A stretch of 64,000 nt of DNA from Eledone cirrhosa (taxonomy: Eukaryota). This document shows positions 30,257-44,468 of this stretch, piece after piece. The position numbers and the translations under genes were made by a program. The stretch lies in the NCBI GenBank assembly GCA_964016885.1, contig OZ024742.1:247752001-247816000 (forward strand). Direction: 5' to 3'. Position 1 is the first letter of the stretch. The number at the start of each line of letters is the position of its first letter. A model generated the notes under the pieces. It did not search any database and was not told the origin of the DNA. It was given only the letters and a program-made list of their open reading frames with translations.

Positions 30257-30608
30257 TAATAATGTTTATTATAACCAACAGCAGCAGCAGCAATCCGCCT
30301 TTATCAGCAAACATTATAATCCAGTGAAAATTTATTCATGAGGCTTGACCTTCTAGAAATAACTTCGAAATTTTTCTCAATATGCTATATGATATGAATG
30401 TCAATGTCAATATCTGTAACAACACCAGTTGCAATACCACTGCTATCAACACAACAACCACCACTGCCACCTCCATCCCAACCCTACTACAATCCCCTAA
30501 TATATTTATAGAAATAATTTACTCAATTTTTCACATATGAAATACTAAGTTGCATTTTACAGGCTTTCCCAAATCAACCCTGTCCTCACATTTCACGTTG
30601 CTACACAC

Positions 30609-30698
<90 letters not shown>

Positions 30699-30942
30699 CC
30701 ATGTGCTTTTGACTGATATGAGAATGATTACTCAATAAAAGAGTAGATACTGTGAATGCGCAGGTGAAACTCCACAGTAACAAGACAATTCCATAATTAG
30801 ATCCGAACTGCTGTCGAAACAATCTGAATTCAGTCGTCGTGGTCCTGACTCTTTTCATATTACCCATTCTACTACCCTAAATATTGAGTACTCTGGTACG
30901 TTATGGTCCACCTGGTAGCCTATCACACCCTATTTGTTGTTA

Positions 30943-30979
<37 letters not shown>

Positions 30980-31170
30980 GAAAAAGTATGACCCCGACGG
31001 CAGAGCACAAGCCGTTTCGACGGCTATTTCTTGAGTCCAGAAATAGCCGTCGAAACGGCTTGAGCTCTGCCGTCGGGGTCATACTTTTTTCTATTACCCA
31101 CTCTAATACCCTAAGTATTGAGTACTCTGGTGCGTTATGGTCCATCTGGTTACTTACTACATTTCCTTCG

Positions 31171-31173
<3 letters not shown>
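30980..31173 (+). mobile_element. Family A fold-back element
   Basis: 30981-31031 is inverted relative to 31039-31089, followed by ATTGAGTACTCT and (TA)n. Confidence 0.8.
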
Positions 31174-31221
<48 letters not shown>

Positions 31222-31251
31222 TATATATATATATACACAGACACACACATA

Positions 31252-31328
<77 letters not shown>

Positions 31329-31384
31329 GTATGTATATACATATATATACACAGACACACACATATATATATATATATACACAG

Positions 31385-31562
<178 letters not shown>

Positions 31563-31935
31563 TATTTACGTATCGAGAAAGAGAAAAAAAGAGGAGGATA
31601 GGTGATACATATAGTTATTTGCCAAGTAGCGTATGCCAAAGGTGCTCGATACTAGTGCCGGCAGTATTAAATATTCGAAGTGTTAATATTTAGTGGGCTA
31701 GAGAGTTAGCAGAGCGTAAGCACGTGGGAAAGTAAAAATCGGAGAATAGACCGTTAAAACATGTTTATTTAACTGTTTGTCTGAGGCTGGGTCTGGTACG
31801 CAAGGATTGTTTCCTGGGTGTTATTTTGCAGCGCCTGCCCGCCGGGGTGTTAAGACTTGTTGCAGGGAGATCCGGTGTACGGTTTCACTCCTCATCCTTA
31901 ACCTATCTGAAGAAGGATATTTTTAAGCGATGTGT

Positions 31936-33020
31936 TCAACTTATCGCTGTTTCAGCTCTGCTGATGATGAGCTCGTGGGGTGCAGTTATGATGTGGTAGA
32001 GCTCCATGAGGCAAAGATCGCATTTCCTCTTGAAGTTGTACGGTGCAGCCCTGCCGACAATCTCCCAGTGCGTGGAGAAGCTGATGTTTAAGTCCTTTAG
32101 TGATGTGATGTAGTCCGCGAGTGAAGTGGAGTGCCTTAGTTTTCTATTTGTGAAAGAGTGGAGATGTGTTCGAAACCTAATTTTGAACGGGCCGGAGGTA
32201 GCCCCTATATAATGTTTAACGCTATTGTGGCTGGTAATAGTGCACCTATATATAACCCTATCAGTCAAGCTGTATCCTCTAAGGGGGCAGCGTCCTCTGT
32301 CGCGGCAGTTGCAATTTCTGTCGCGGTTCCGTCTATTTCCCACGGTAAGGCTATCATTGTTGCTGCCTACGTTGTTACCTACGCTACCGCAGCTGTCGTT
32401 AGCACCATTACAACCCTCAGCACGCGGGGTGGTGCGATTGTTATTCCGCACGTCATGTCCTGCATGGTCTCCAGTCATATTGCGGTTATGCTGGTTGCGT
32501 CTGCGGATGCCGTTGCCAACACTATTGGATGCTGCCAGGGAGTTGTTAAGGCCGATATAGTTATTGTCAGGTGTAGGTGCGTCTGTGTCGAGGTGCTGTG
32601 TCTTGGTGATCTTACTGTGGTTCGTTGTTCCTATGATGTCTGCTAGGTTAGGAGTAGTAGAGAAGGATATTTTTATATTGTTCCTATTAAGAATTTTTCT
32701 ATACCTATGGTTGGGCGGGAATTTCTTCTGTAAGGCTTCGAAGAAAATCCGGGGTATGTTGGAGGCCACACTCCGAGAATAGGGGGGTGGAACCATAGGA
32801 CGTTACGGTGGCGATTACGTGTCCTTGTACTTTTGCTACGGGTGGTTCCATCTAGGTGACCGCTCTTATGTGTGTTAATGCGCAGTCGCCCGTTCGGTGC
32901 CCCTTTCACTTTATGCTCGGGTGCACTCTTCCTACCTCTTCCATGTTTATGTACACGAAGATGTTGGTTGGAAGGCATTGGTAGTAGGCCGTCGCCTTTG
33001 TTGGAACACTTGTGATTATT
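31936..33020 (-). pseudogene. PLE C-terminal linker plus GIY-YIG endonuclease, with one frameshift in a C run at ~32785
   Basis: RNVLWFHPP/YSRSV..., ILNRNNIKISFSTTPN, CNCRDRGRCPL (CxCx5C), VIYRC...HYIGATSGPFKIRF, STSLADYI...W, KCDLCLME. Confidence 0.88.
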
Positions 33021-33023
33021 TAT

Positions 33024-33063
33024 GCCCTTGAGAAGCCCAACTGGGCGAAACGTACGTAGGTGC
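33024..33063 (+). ncRNA. Minimal type-I hammerhead ribozyme, U3:A8 variant
   Basis: GCCC-TTGAGAA-GCCC aact GGGC-GAAA-CGTACG-TA-GG(t)GC. Confidence 0.7.
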
Positions 33064-33117
33064 TGTTTTAAATAAACATGTTTTAACGGTCTATTCTCCG
33101 ATTCTTTACTTTCCCAC

Positions 33118-33179
<62 letters not shown>

Positions 33180-33632
33180 TTTTTCAATTTGTTTTGCAAG
33201 ATTTCTTATCTGAAAACCTGTTTTGAAACAGATATTGGTATTCTTTGGGTGGATAATGCTGCTAATAAAAACACACACACGTGTTGGTTTTCACTGTGGT
33301 TTGTCTGTGATTTGTCTAATGACAAGTAAATAAACACATAAATAAAGAAACACACCACACACACACCCGGATGTAACGAATGCACAAACTAAGCACACAA
33401 TACACATCTCACAAAAACAAGATAGTGTAGGTCAGAACAAATGAGAGACAGAAAATAAAAACCCGCTCACTGAGGAGGTCAAAAAATGTGTGTTGAAAGA
33501 GATTTGACAATATATAAACAAACATCCGGTTATCGAACCAGCCAACCATCCGGAAATTTATAATGAATTGAAGTGAAAACCGAGGGGGGCGTGTGTTTTC
33601 ATTGGCAGCATGGCCCTCCCAAAGTATATCAA

Positions 33633-33729
<97 letters not shown>

Positions 33730-33837
33730 AATTAGTATATCTACCAACATATATATACAGATGCATACCTATGCTAGCAAATATATAGGTTTTGTCTTAG
33801 TAACTTTGTGGTTCAATGCAAGGGGATGCAGAACAAT

Positions 33838-34488
33838 TATATGAAAGACGTAAAATAAGAAAATTATATAAATTAATATACTTACTAATATTTCACTCCA
33901 ACTAATTAGTTTCTGAAAGGGAATAAACATGGTTTCCAAATGGAAAGCATGGAAAAGCCACTCGTCATCAGGAAGTCTGTTCTCAGCTAAGTTCCCAGGC
34001 GATACGTGGACACAGGGAACTTATACAAAAATAATTCAGTGGATGGAAAAAAAGCAAGCGTGGACTAAATTCAAAGACATTGAAAAAATCACTGCCTACT
34101 TGGTCGGTGGCAAATTCAAAAGAATCAATCATGTGACATCGAGGTTAATCAGTGAGGAGTGGGGTGAATTATTTTTAATTAACCTCGATGTCACGTGATT
34201 GATTCTTTTGAATTTGCCACCGACCAAGTAGACAGTGATTTTTTCAATGTCTTGGAATTTAGTCCACGCTTGCTTTTTTCCATCCACTGAATTATTTTTG
34301 TATAAGTTCCCTGTGTCCACGCATCGCCTGGGAACTTAACTGAGAACAGACTTCCTGATGACGAGAGGCTTTTCCTTGCTTTCCATTTGGAAACCATATT
34401 TATTCCCTTTCAGAAACTAATTAGTTGGAGTGAAATTTTAGTAAGTAAGTTAATTTTTATAATTTTCTTATTTTACGTTTTTCATATA
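33838..34488. repeat. Long inverted repeat (~310-bp arms, 28-nt loop)
   Basis: 33838-34149 is the reverse complement of 34178-34488 with scattered substitutions. Each arm contains CTGATGA-stem-GAAAC. Confidence 0.95.
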
Positions 34489-34511
34489 TATATATATATA
34501 TAAGAAAAAGT

Positions 34512-34613
34512 ATGACCCCAACGGCAAAGCTCAAGCCATTTCGACGGCTATTTCTGGACTAAATTAGAATGTTTAGCCTGGTGAATAAATAGCCGAACTT
34601 GTCAAGGGGGCAT
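34512..34613 (-). ncRNA. Hammerhead ribozyme, U3:A8 variant with long stem II (longest family A copy, 34502-34912)
   Basis: ATGcCCCC-TTGACAA-g..CGGCTATTT...AAATAGCCG..c-GAAA-TGGC..GCCG-TT-GGGGtCAT. Other family A copies read GTC at the cleavage triplet. Confidence 0.65.
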
Positions 34614-34908
34614 TTCTTTATATCGGAAGATTGTAGTTGTCAAGAGGATTGGTTAAAATTTGGTGTAAACACAAACAAGTCTATAATGGCATTTGCTGGG
34701 AGATAGGGGTGGCTGAACTTGCCTGTATAACAATAGGGAGTGAGTGGAGCGGTCAAGCGTTGAAAGCGTTATGTATACGGCAGATTCGAAGGATAGTGTA
34801 TGAAGTGGAAGAGGGAGTTATAGAATAGGTAAATCGAATGAGAGTAGGAGACAATAAAACATAATAGAAAGAAATAAAAATATATATAAAATTAGATAGG
34901 GAGAAATG

Positions 34909-34985
<77 letters not shown>

Positions 34986-35128
34986 AATAAATTAAAAGAT
35001 GGTTAAAAAAGTTCCATATATATATTATTATGCGCATTTCGAAAACAACATCATCCTGGGACAAAAATTGTGTCTCATCAGATAAAATATGGTAACATGA
35101 TATGAGGCCTAAAAACACTTGTGAACAA

Positions 35129-36108
35129 GAAAGGGCTGGATATCCAGACAAAATTAGATATAATAAGGAAACTAATCTTGGCAGAACTCTAGTAATGTAG
35201 CTAGTAATAATCATACCACTAACAAAAGGAGGAGACCTAGATATAAAAACATCCTTTGGTACAACGATCCCTTCTCTCTGTCGGTTATTAATAATATCTC
35301 TAAATTATTTGTTAGGGCTTTATATAACAGCCCCCCCCCTTCACATATATATAGCAAGTTTTTCAATAAGCATACTACTAAATTCTCATATTCCCCTACT
35401 TCCAACATTTCTAAAATTATCTCAAGGCATAATTCTAAAATACTAAATAATAACTCATATGCATCCCACCATGAGAGTCATAATAATAACACTATAAGGC
35501 CCGACGTCAATGTAAACTCTAGGCAAATTAACACAAGTATAAATACCACGTCAAACGTAATTTTGAGGAATGCTTCAAATAGTATTGTAAATCTGGAAAC
35601 TTTAGCACCTCCTTTAGTTAATTCCACCACTCCAGTTCCTAATATAATTAATCCTGGGCTACTTGCAAATAACTCTGTAAATAATCTTAATCGTAAATGC
35701 AACTGACCTATTAGAACTAATTGTCCTCTTAGTAATTTCTGTCTCTATAAAAACCAAGTATACGAATATAAAGTGGTACCTACATTGGCTCTACTTCTAC
35801 CTCTTTTAAAGCAAGATTCTATAACCATTCTTCAATGTTTAAATATCCACTTTAAAGGACCAGCACCGCACTCTCAGAAATTATTTGGTCCTTAAAAGAC
35901 AAAAAACATTAATTACGAAATTTCTTGGCGTAAAATTTACAACGCTTCTCCATACTCCAATGCTTCCATATCTAGTGTTTGTAATTTATGTCTAGTTGAA
36001 AAAATTTACCATTATCTCGAATTTCAACTCTATAATGAATAGAAGAACAGATTTATTTGGTCATTGTAATCATAAATCCTTCAGAACCTTTCACAAAGTA
36101 TATAGCTA
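35129..36108 (+). pseudogene. PLE RT-thumb end plus GIY-YIG endonuclease remnant (absent from the ORF track)
   Basis: ERAGYPDKIRY / KRRRPRYKNILWYNDPFSLSV...FFNKHTTKFSYSPTSNISKIISRHNSKIL...KCN*PIRTNCPL..CLYKNQVYEY / YIGSTSTSFKARFYNH...STALSEIIWSLKDK / YEISW...VCNLCLVEK...HCNH. Confidence 0.88.
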
Positions 36109-36887
36109 ATGCCCTATAACATATTCCACGAACAACGATTAATTTTTTACACATATTTTTTTACACACATTTTTTATACATATTTCATTATATTCTACAA
36201 TGTATTAATTCAGTTTTCTCAGCATATTTTAAGCCTTTTACCTTTTTTCGATAGCCTTAAATTTTCGTTCAAACCTTCGTAGATTTTGTTACCAAACTAT
36301 GACGTCATATGTTTTTTCTACGTTTATAAATCATTCTAGCAATTTCCTTTATTTACTTATTGATATAAAATAAAAATTAAATAGTATACCCCATATATAT
36401 ATATTTTTAATAGAAATTTTTAATTTTGACATAGACTATTTTTATTTTTATTTTTTTTTATTGTATTTTATTTTATTTTATATTAAAAACCTTTTTTATA
36501 ATTATTTTTATTTAATTTTATTTTATTTTATTAATACATTTTTACACTTCTTAATCCAAGTTTTCAAATAATATTCCCAGTTTCTATATTTTAGACCTCT
36601 AATATTTGAAAACCATCGATAATATTCGCACATACACCTAATCAATTTACTTTTTAGCCGTTATTTACAGCTGTTTTCATTTTGACAGCGTTCTTGATCA
36701 AAAAGCTCTCTTTCTCTTCCTTCTTTCATTTTTCCTTTTTTTCCTCTCTTCTATTCTTTTTCCTTTCTCTCCTTCTTCTTTCCTTTTCTGCTATTTTCCT
36801 ATCTTTTTCTTACTCTTATATTTCTGTCATATGTAGACGACACTTTCTTGTTGACAAGTGTTTTTAGGCCTCATATCATGTTACCTT

Positions 36888-36954
36888 ATTTTATCTGATG
36901 AGGACAGTATTTTGTCCCAGGATGATGTTGTTTTCGAAATGCGCATAATAAAAT
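36888..36954 (+). ncRNA. Type-I hammerhead ribozyme in the PLE 3' pseudo-LTR (family C)
   Basis: ATTTTAT-CTGATGA-[extended stem II]-GAAA-TGCGCA-TA-ATAAAAT. Confidence 0.8.
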
Positions 36955-37080
36955 ATATGGAACTTTTTTAACCATCTTTTAATTTCTTCTTTAATATACT
37001 CCAGTTCTACCAACTGTTGAGTACTACTTATCTGATATATGCATAGTTTTATTTTCTACAATATTACTCACCTTCTACAT

Positions 37081-37118
<38 letters not shown>

Positions 37119-37119
37119 T

Positions 37120-37181
<62 letters not shown>

Positions 37182-37386
37182 ATGCGTGTGTCCCGAGTTC
37201 AATCGAGGATAACCACAGTAAGTAATGTACTTAATACATAGTAGATTATATATAATATTTAATATATAAAAGCCTTCCACAAGACTAGAACTGTTTCATT
37301 CGTAGGAAATCATCGGGACATTCCTGATGATTTCCTGCGAATGAAACTGTTCTAGTCCTGTAGAAGCCATTTCTATATTAAATATA

Positions 37387-37440
<54 letters not shown>

Positions 37441-37632
37441 ATTATAATTTAAGTATTGGGTGTTGCTACTCTGACGTTTGGCCTGCGCAATCATCAGAAA
37501 ATCTTGTTTGATGATCCTCTGGGTGAGCGAGTGAAATTCCAGATAACCAATCTCACAACTTAACCATAAGAAATGAATAGTTAAACTCTACTTCGGTATT
37601 GAATACTCACTTCTCTCGTTCCCAAACTACAT

Positions 37633-37684
<52 letters not shown>

Positions 37685-38095
37685 TCCCCTGTTGGAGAAT
37701 GAACACATGACAGCTACGCAGTCTGCTACACCGATATTAGGCACAGACGGAAACCTGTTGGTAACGTAAGTCCGCGTTTCAAATACCACAAACTTGCATA
37801 TTGCGCAAGTTTTGGATTCATAGAAACCAATCGAGGTTATTGCATAATACGCCTCTAAACGGTCCATGTTTGTTATTTAACCTGATTGCATTTACGTTGT
37901 TATGGTGGCTTCTGTGGCTATGACCGCAAACTACAGTTTTCAATTTGTCACGCTTTTTAACGTATGCTTCTAACTTTAAGGTGTAACCTATCAATTAATC
38001 GATACTTTGTTATTGGGTGCTTTGTGCAAATCCGAATTGATACTTCGTGGAAATTGGCCGACTGCCATAACTTCGATTCTATTAAACTTCCATTC

Positions 38096-38130
<35 letters not shown>

Positions 38131-38293
38131 ATCGATCGACTTTCGTCAAATCGGACCGAGGAAACAATGCTTCCGTTGGTCTTTCCAGTTGCTAGTACTA
38201 TCTATCGGTCGCAACTCCAGGTAGAAGGAGCAACGTGAAATAAAGTGTCTTGCTCAAGGACATAACGCATCGCCCGGTCCAGGAATCGAACTC

Positions 38294-38331
<38 letters not shown>

Positions 38332-38396
38332 GAGAGAGAGTGAGAACTATATAAATACACACACCACACACACATTCATCCCCCCCACACACACAA

Positions 38397-38441
<45 letters not shown>

Positions 38442-38726
38442 TACATATATATGTATATATAGTTTTCACACTTCAATTTCTCAAAACAATCATGACCAGA
38501 TATTAATTGTTCAATGTAAACGATGAAGTCAATATTAGGGGAGACCATCACTCTGCCGGTGTTTTACATTGGGCACTAAACAGTTGCGTCTACACCCAGA
38601 GAAAAATATATTCCACTCAAACTGCTACACTACTACTACTCCTACTAGTGTAGTAATACTTATACTACTAGTAGAAGTAGGATTAGTAGTCACAGCAGTA
38701 GCAGCAGCAACAGAAGCAGCAGCAGC

Positions 38727-38793
<67 letters not shown>

Positions 38794-39052
38794 AAGGGTG
38801 ATATTAGTAGTAGTAGTAGTAGTAGTAGTAGTGAGATGAAAAGCTATGTGTATCAAGAAGTATGAGGTATGTTTATCAAGACGTTAGCTATAATTAGACC
38901 AAGACAAGTGACTAATTAGAGCAATTATGAGACACATTCGAATGTAATTTAATTTTGAGTCATTACTTTTGGCACCAAATACTAGAGTTTTTCTTCTGTC
39001 ACCAATCGAATTATTACTCGAATGTATATATAGATATGCATATGTTGGTATA

Positions 39053-39057
<5 letters not shown>

Positions 39058-39088
<31 letters not shown>

Positions 39089-39193
39089 TGTATGTATGTA
39101 TGTATGTATGTATGTATGTATGTATGTATGTATGTATGCATGTATGTATGTATGTATGTATTTATGTATGTATGTATGTATGCATGTATGTAT

Positions 39194-39198
<5 letters not shown>
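39058..39198. repeat. (TATG)n microsatellite
   Basis: Read directly from the sequence. Confidence 0.95.
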
Positions 39199-39256
<58 letters not shown>

Positions 39257-39497
39257 CTTAGGGTAAACATTGATGCAATTCAAATCAAGCACTCAACGTA
39301 ATTTTTCCACATAGGAGTGACGGAGTAAATATCGCATAAGTAAAAGCGAAGTAGTTTCAGATGTTCAAGTCCTTTAATAATAATGCTGTGATATATATTT
39401 CAATGACGACACTGGCCACACCGTTCTGTGTACGAGTGTCGTGACATCATCAGACAGCTTGTTACATAATAAGGTTATGTTTCTCTCTCTCTTTCTC

Positions 39498-39635
<138 letters not shown>

Positions 39636-39927
39636 AGTAAGTAAGACCCCGACGGCTGAGCTCAAGCCGTTTCGACGGCTAATACTCCTATTACCCACTC
39701 TACTACCCTAAGTATTGAGTACTTTGGTGCGTTATGGTCCACCTGGTTCCTTACCACTTTTCCCTCGCTATATATATATATATATATATATTGCTCGCAC
39801 CAACCTGAGGTATATGATTTTTAATGCGATGGAATACCAATGATCGTTGACAAATCACTGATGAGGGACTAATTTTATCATATGTAATCCATGTGCAACC
39901 ATGCAGTATTCTTCTCCCCATGTTTTT

Positions 39928-39977
<50 letters not shown>

Positions 39978-39980
39978 AAA

Positions 39981-40114
<134 letters not shown>

Positions 40115-40123
40115 CATGTAATT

Positions 40124-40638
40124 TAGAATATGCTTCAATAAATGAAGTAATTCCGTCGGAAAGGTCCAGGAAAAAAGAGTGCTCTATGTAGGTTACAAGA
40201 GCTTAATAGTTATGTAATAAACAACATAAGGTGGTGTATGTTGGTTAAATTCCTGAAAACTGTAGAGTGCTCAACTCATCGGGCTTGAAGGTGCCAATCA
40301 TATATGTAATATAGAATATGCTTCTATAAATGAAGTAATTCCGTCGGAAAGGTCCAGGAGAAAAGAGTGCTCTATGTAGGTTACAGAGCTTAATAGTTAT
40401 GTAATAAACAACATAAGGTGGTGTATGTTGGTTAAATTCCTGAAAAAATGTAGAGTGCTCAACTAATGGGGCTGGAAGGTGCCAATCATATATGTAATAT
40501 AGAATATGCTTCAATAAATGAAATAATTCCGTCGGAAAGGTCCAGGAGAAAAGAGAGATCTATGTAGGTTACAGAGCTTAATAGTTATGTAATAAACAAC
40601 ATAAGGCGGTGTATGTTGGTTAAATTCCTGAAAACTGT
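40124..40638 (-). repeat. 188-bp tandem repeat (~2.7 units) adjoining (TA)n
   Basis: TAGAATATGCTTC starts at 40124, 40312 and 40500. The full units carry GTTGAGCACTCTAC on the minus strand. Confidence 0.9.
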
Positions 40639-41180
40639 ATGCTACATTTTATATACGCTTCAGATTACTCTCCACTCGGTTCCGAGTAAGAAAATAGTCA
40701 AGAAACAGCTGTCTGGCATGCTCATTGGATTATGCGCTAACTGTGACATGAGCACAGCATAAAGCTTTCATTGCGAGGTCCTTATATACTTAATATCCAT
40801 AGAGATATCGTATATGTTTTCATTAAAACCCCTATCACGAAGCCAGTCAAATTTGTATACTTGAAAATCAATCTCATCCGGTCGAAATCCCGTTCTATGC
40901 AAATGAGCATCCCCAGCCGATGTTTGATTTGTATCATATGCAAATGAGCGTCACCAGACAACTTTTCAGACGCACATTTCATATGAGATTTAACTTATTC
41001 TCATCTCAATACGGAGTGAGTAAGCGTCAGGAGACCACTGGCCGGTATTATCACCAGCTTCTCAGATAGATCTGGCATGTTCAAAAATTAAAACTTACAG
41101 AGTGAAAGTCTTGTATATTTATCATACTTAAACACGCCGTCCTTGTTTTCATGTGTTCGTATACAGAAAGATACATATAC

Positions 41181-41223
<43 letters not shown>

Positions 41224-41348
41224 GGAGGTGAGTTTTATTGTAGTACAATAAAGCAATGCAGATATCGGATAAGAAGCACTCTACAGTTTGTAGGACTGTA
41301 GTATACATAATATATAAGAACAAAAGATGGTTAAAGGAGTTCCATGTA

Positions 41349-41415
41349 TTTTATTACGCGCATTTCAAAAACAAATATCATCATGCAATAATATTTGTGT
41401 TTTCATCAGATAAAA
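41349..41415 (-). ncRNA. Hammerhead ribozyme with long stem II (family C solo 3' end)
   Basis: TTTTAT-CTGATGA-aaac ACAAATATTA ttgcatga TGATATTTGT tttt-GAAA-TGCGCG-TA-ATAAAA. Confidence 0.75.
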
Positions 41416-41904
41416 CAGGAGGACATGATATGAAGGCTAAAAAACACTTGTGGATAGACGCTTGTATACGTATCTCTTTGTATATGTAAATATATATCTA
41501 TCTAAGTATCTTTGGCCCTACCTCTTTCACTCCCAATGTTAATGACACATATTTATCCAGATAATGACAACATTATATACGTATATAAATACACACACTT
41601 CTATATTATATGTATGTGTATGTATATATATATAGAGAGAGAGGGGGGAGAAGCAAAAGGCAGAGAGAGACAGAGAAGAGGTAAAGAGAGAGATAGAGAG
41701 ATCGATAATAAGTAGATTCCTGGATGAATGAAGATGCATGCATGCGCAGATGTGAGTGTATAACTAGGTCGTTTTAAAAACCAAAACAGCTAAACATACA
41801 CAGGTTTTATGTATGTATGCATGTATCTATGTATGTTTGTATGTATCTATGTATGCATGGGTGTATGCATGTACGCATGTATATGTGTATGTATGCATCT
41901 ATGT

Positions 41905-42273
41905 GTTATATCAGAGTTTTCCTTCTAGGAGAAGGAAAACCTGATGGTATCCAATGATGTTGACTTGTCTTCTTTTTGGTAAATATCATCTTGGTTAAGT
42001 GAGTGGGACTGGCTTTGTGCAGTGTCTTTGCTCACTATAAAAGCTTCACGGCACAGGCATTGCTTTATATCTGGAGATCTCTCTGCACTTGTCGTCACAT
42101 GGTACCATGGGCCCAGCACTATGTGTCAGTAATTGTCACAAGTGTAGTGTTTGTACCAGAGTTTTCATGTCGCAGGCTGGACTAAAAAGTCACACTCGTT
42201 CAGCGCATCGGTAGGGTTTCTCCTACATGGATATAAAGTAGTGGCCGTACTAAAAAATGAGTTGGCAGCCACC
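41905..42273 (+). mobile_element. Second copy of the RTE-like element, with 5' inversion
   Basis: Near-identical to 22003-22375. Confidence 0.65.
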
Positions 42274-42811
42274 ATATATGTATGTACGTATGCATGAATG
42301 TATTTACATATCAATCAATCTGTCTATTCTGTCTATTTATCTGTTTGCCTATCTATCATGCACGCTCTCTATCACTTTCAAGCCTATCTTTCTATCTTTT
42401 TGTCTGCTTATCTGTCTGTCAATCTATGTCTGCCTATCTTTCTGTATGACAATCGTTCCATAGCTATCGATTTAAGTAAATTCACAAATGTATCTATATT
42501 CGGACACGAACAAGAATAACGGCAATAAAGCAGAAATCCCAGTAGCTGTCGGTAGATAGACAGAAATATACCTGAGTCAATTTAATTTAATATATATAGG
42601 GTTGATAATGATTATAACAATTATGGAAGAAAATTATTTTAATTGATTTAACTGAATGTAAAATAAGATATAGAGATGTACAGAATGATAAGACGGAGAA
42701 GGGGGAACACGTGGAATCAAACATCTGTTGTCATCAAGGAATTTTAAAATTAAATATTTCTATTATCATAAATTGAGTGATATATCTATCTATCTAACTA
42801 TCATCTATCTA

Positions 42812-42910
<99 letters not shown>

Positions 42911-42987
42911 AAAGTTAAACAAATAACAACAAAATCAGTATATTGAAAGAATATATTGGGTTAACGCTTGACATAGCAGGAGGAGTG

Positions 42988-43023
42988 TCTTAACGTTTCG
43001 GACACTAGGGTTTCATCAGAAGA
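42988..43023 (-). ncRNA. Degenerate minimal HHR-like motif
   Basis: TCTT-CTGATGA-aaccctagtgtcc-GAAACGTT-AAGA. Stem II pairs poorly. Confidence 0.4.
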
Positions 43024-43599
43024 AAGAATGAGAAATAAGATAGATTGTCTCTAGGTAAAATAACAGGTCCATTCATGTCGCCAGGGTCAACTTTGCTTTT
43101 CATCCGTTTGAGGTCAATAACAAAAGTACCAGTCCAGTACTGGGGTCGATTCTTCCTCTATAAAAAAAATCGGCTGTGTTCAGGCGTGCTTTGAAAAAAA
43201 TGTTGCCCTAGACACGCCGTTTAAACAATACCTCTATGACTCCACAAGGAGTTATAGGATTCTTATCCTATCCTTTTGTTTATATATATGTTCATAGTAC
43301 CTCTCTACTTCCAAAATAATTTCAATGGAATATTGCTTTTAATACTATATCTTACCTCTTGTCTTTTTTCTTTTCATTTTTTTTTCTATTTCCTTACCCT
43401 CAAATAGAAAAAACGAGGAAATTTCGTTTACATATGAAAAATATTTCTTGCGTATCGAGCTGTTACGCGCGTTTCGCAGAGGATTGGCTCAAGGTTTATC
43501 TATAAATATATCGTATTTCTTTAGAAATACGAAATTTTAATACATATCTGTATACAGCTATGAATGAAACTAAATCCTAATTATATTCTATGATAAGTT

Positions 43600-44468
<869 letters not shown>

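Larger units (their letters stand above)
34983..37080 (+). mobile_element. 5'-truncated Penelope-like retroelement with inverted pseudo-LTR, in (TA)n
   Basis: 34985-35132 is inverted relative to 36844-36990. It has an internal GIY-YIG remnant, an HHR and a GTTGAGTACT motif in the 3' end. A solo 3'-end copy lies at 41221-41455(-). Confidence 0.85.

Noticed and set aside
32158-32782. Plus-strand ORFs of 72-162 aa
   Set aside because: They are antisense shadows of the GIY-YIG reading frame.
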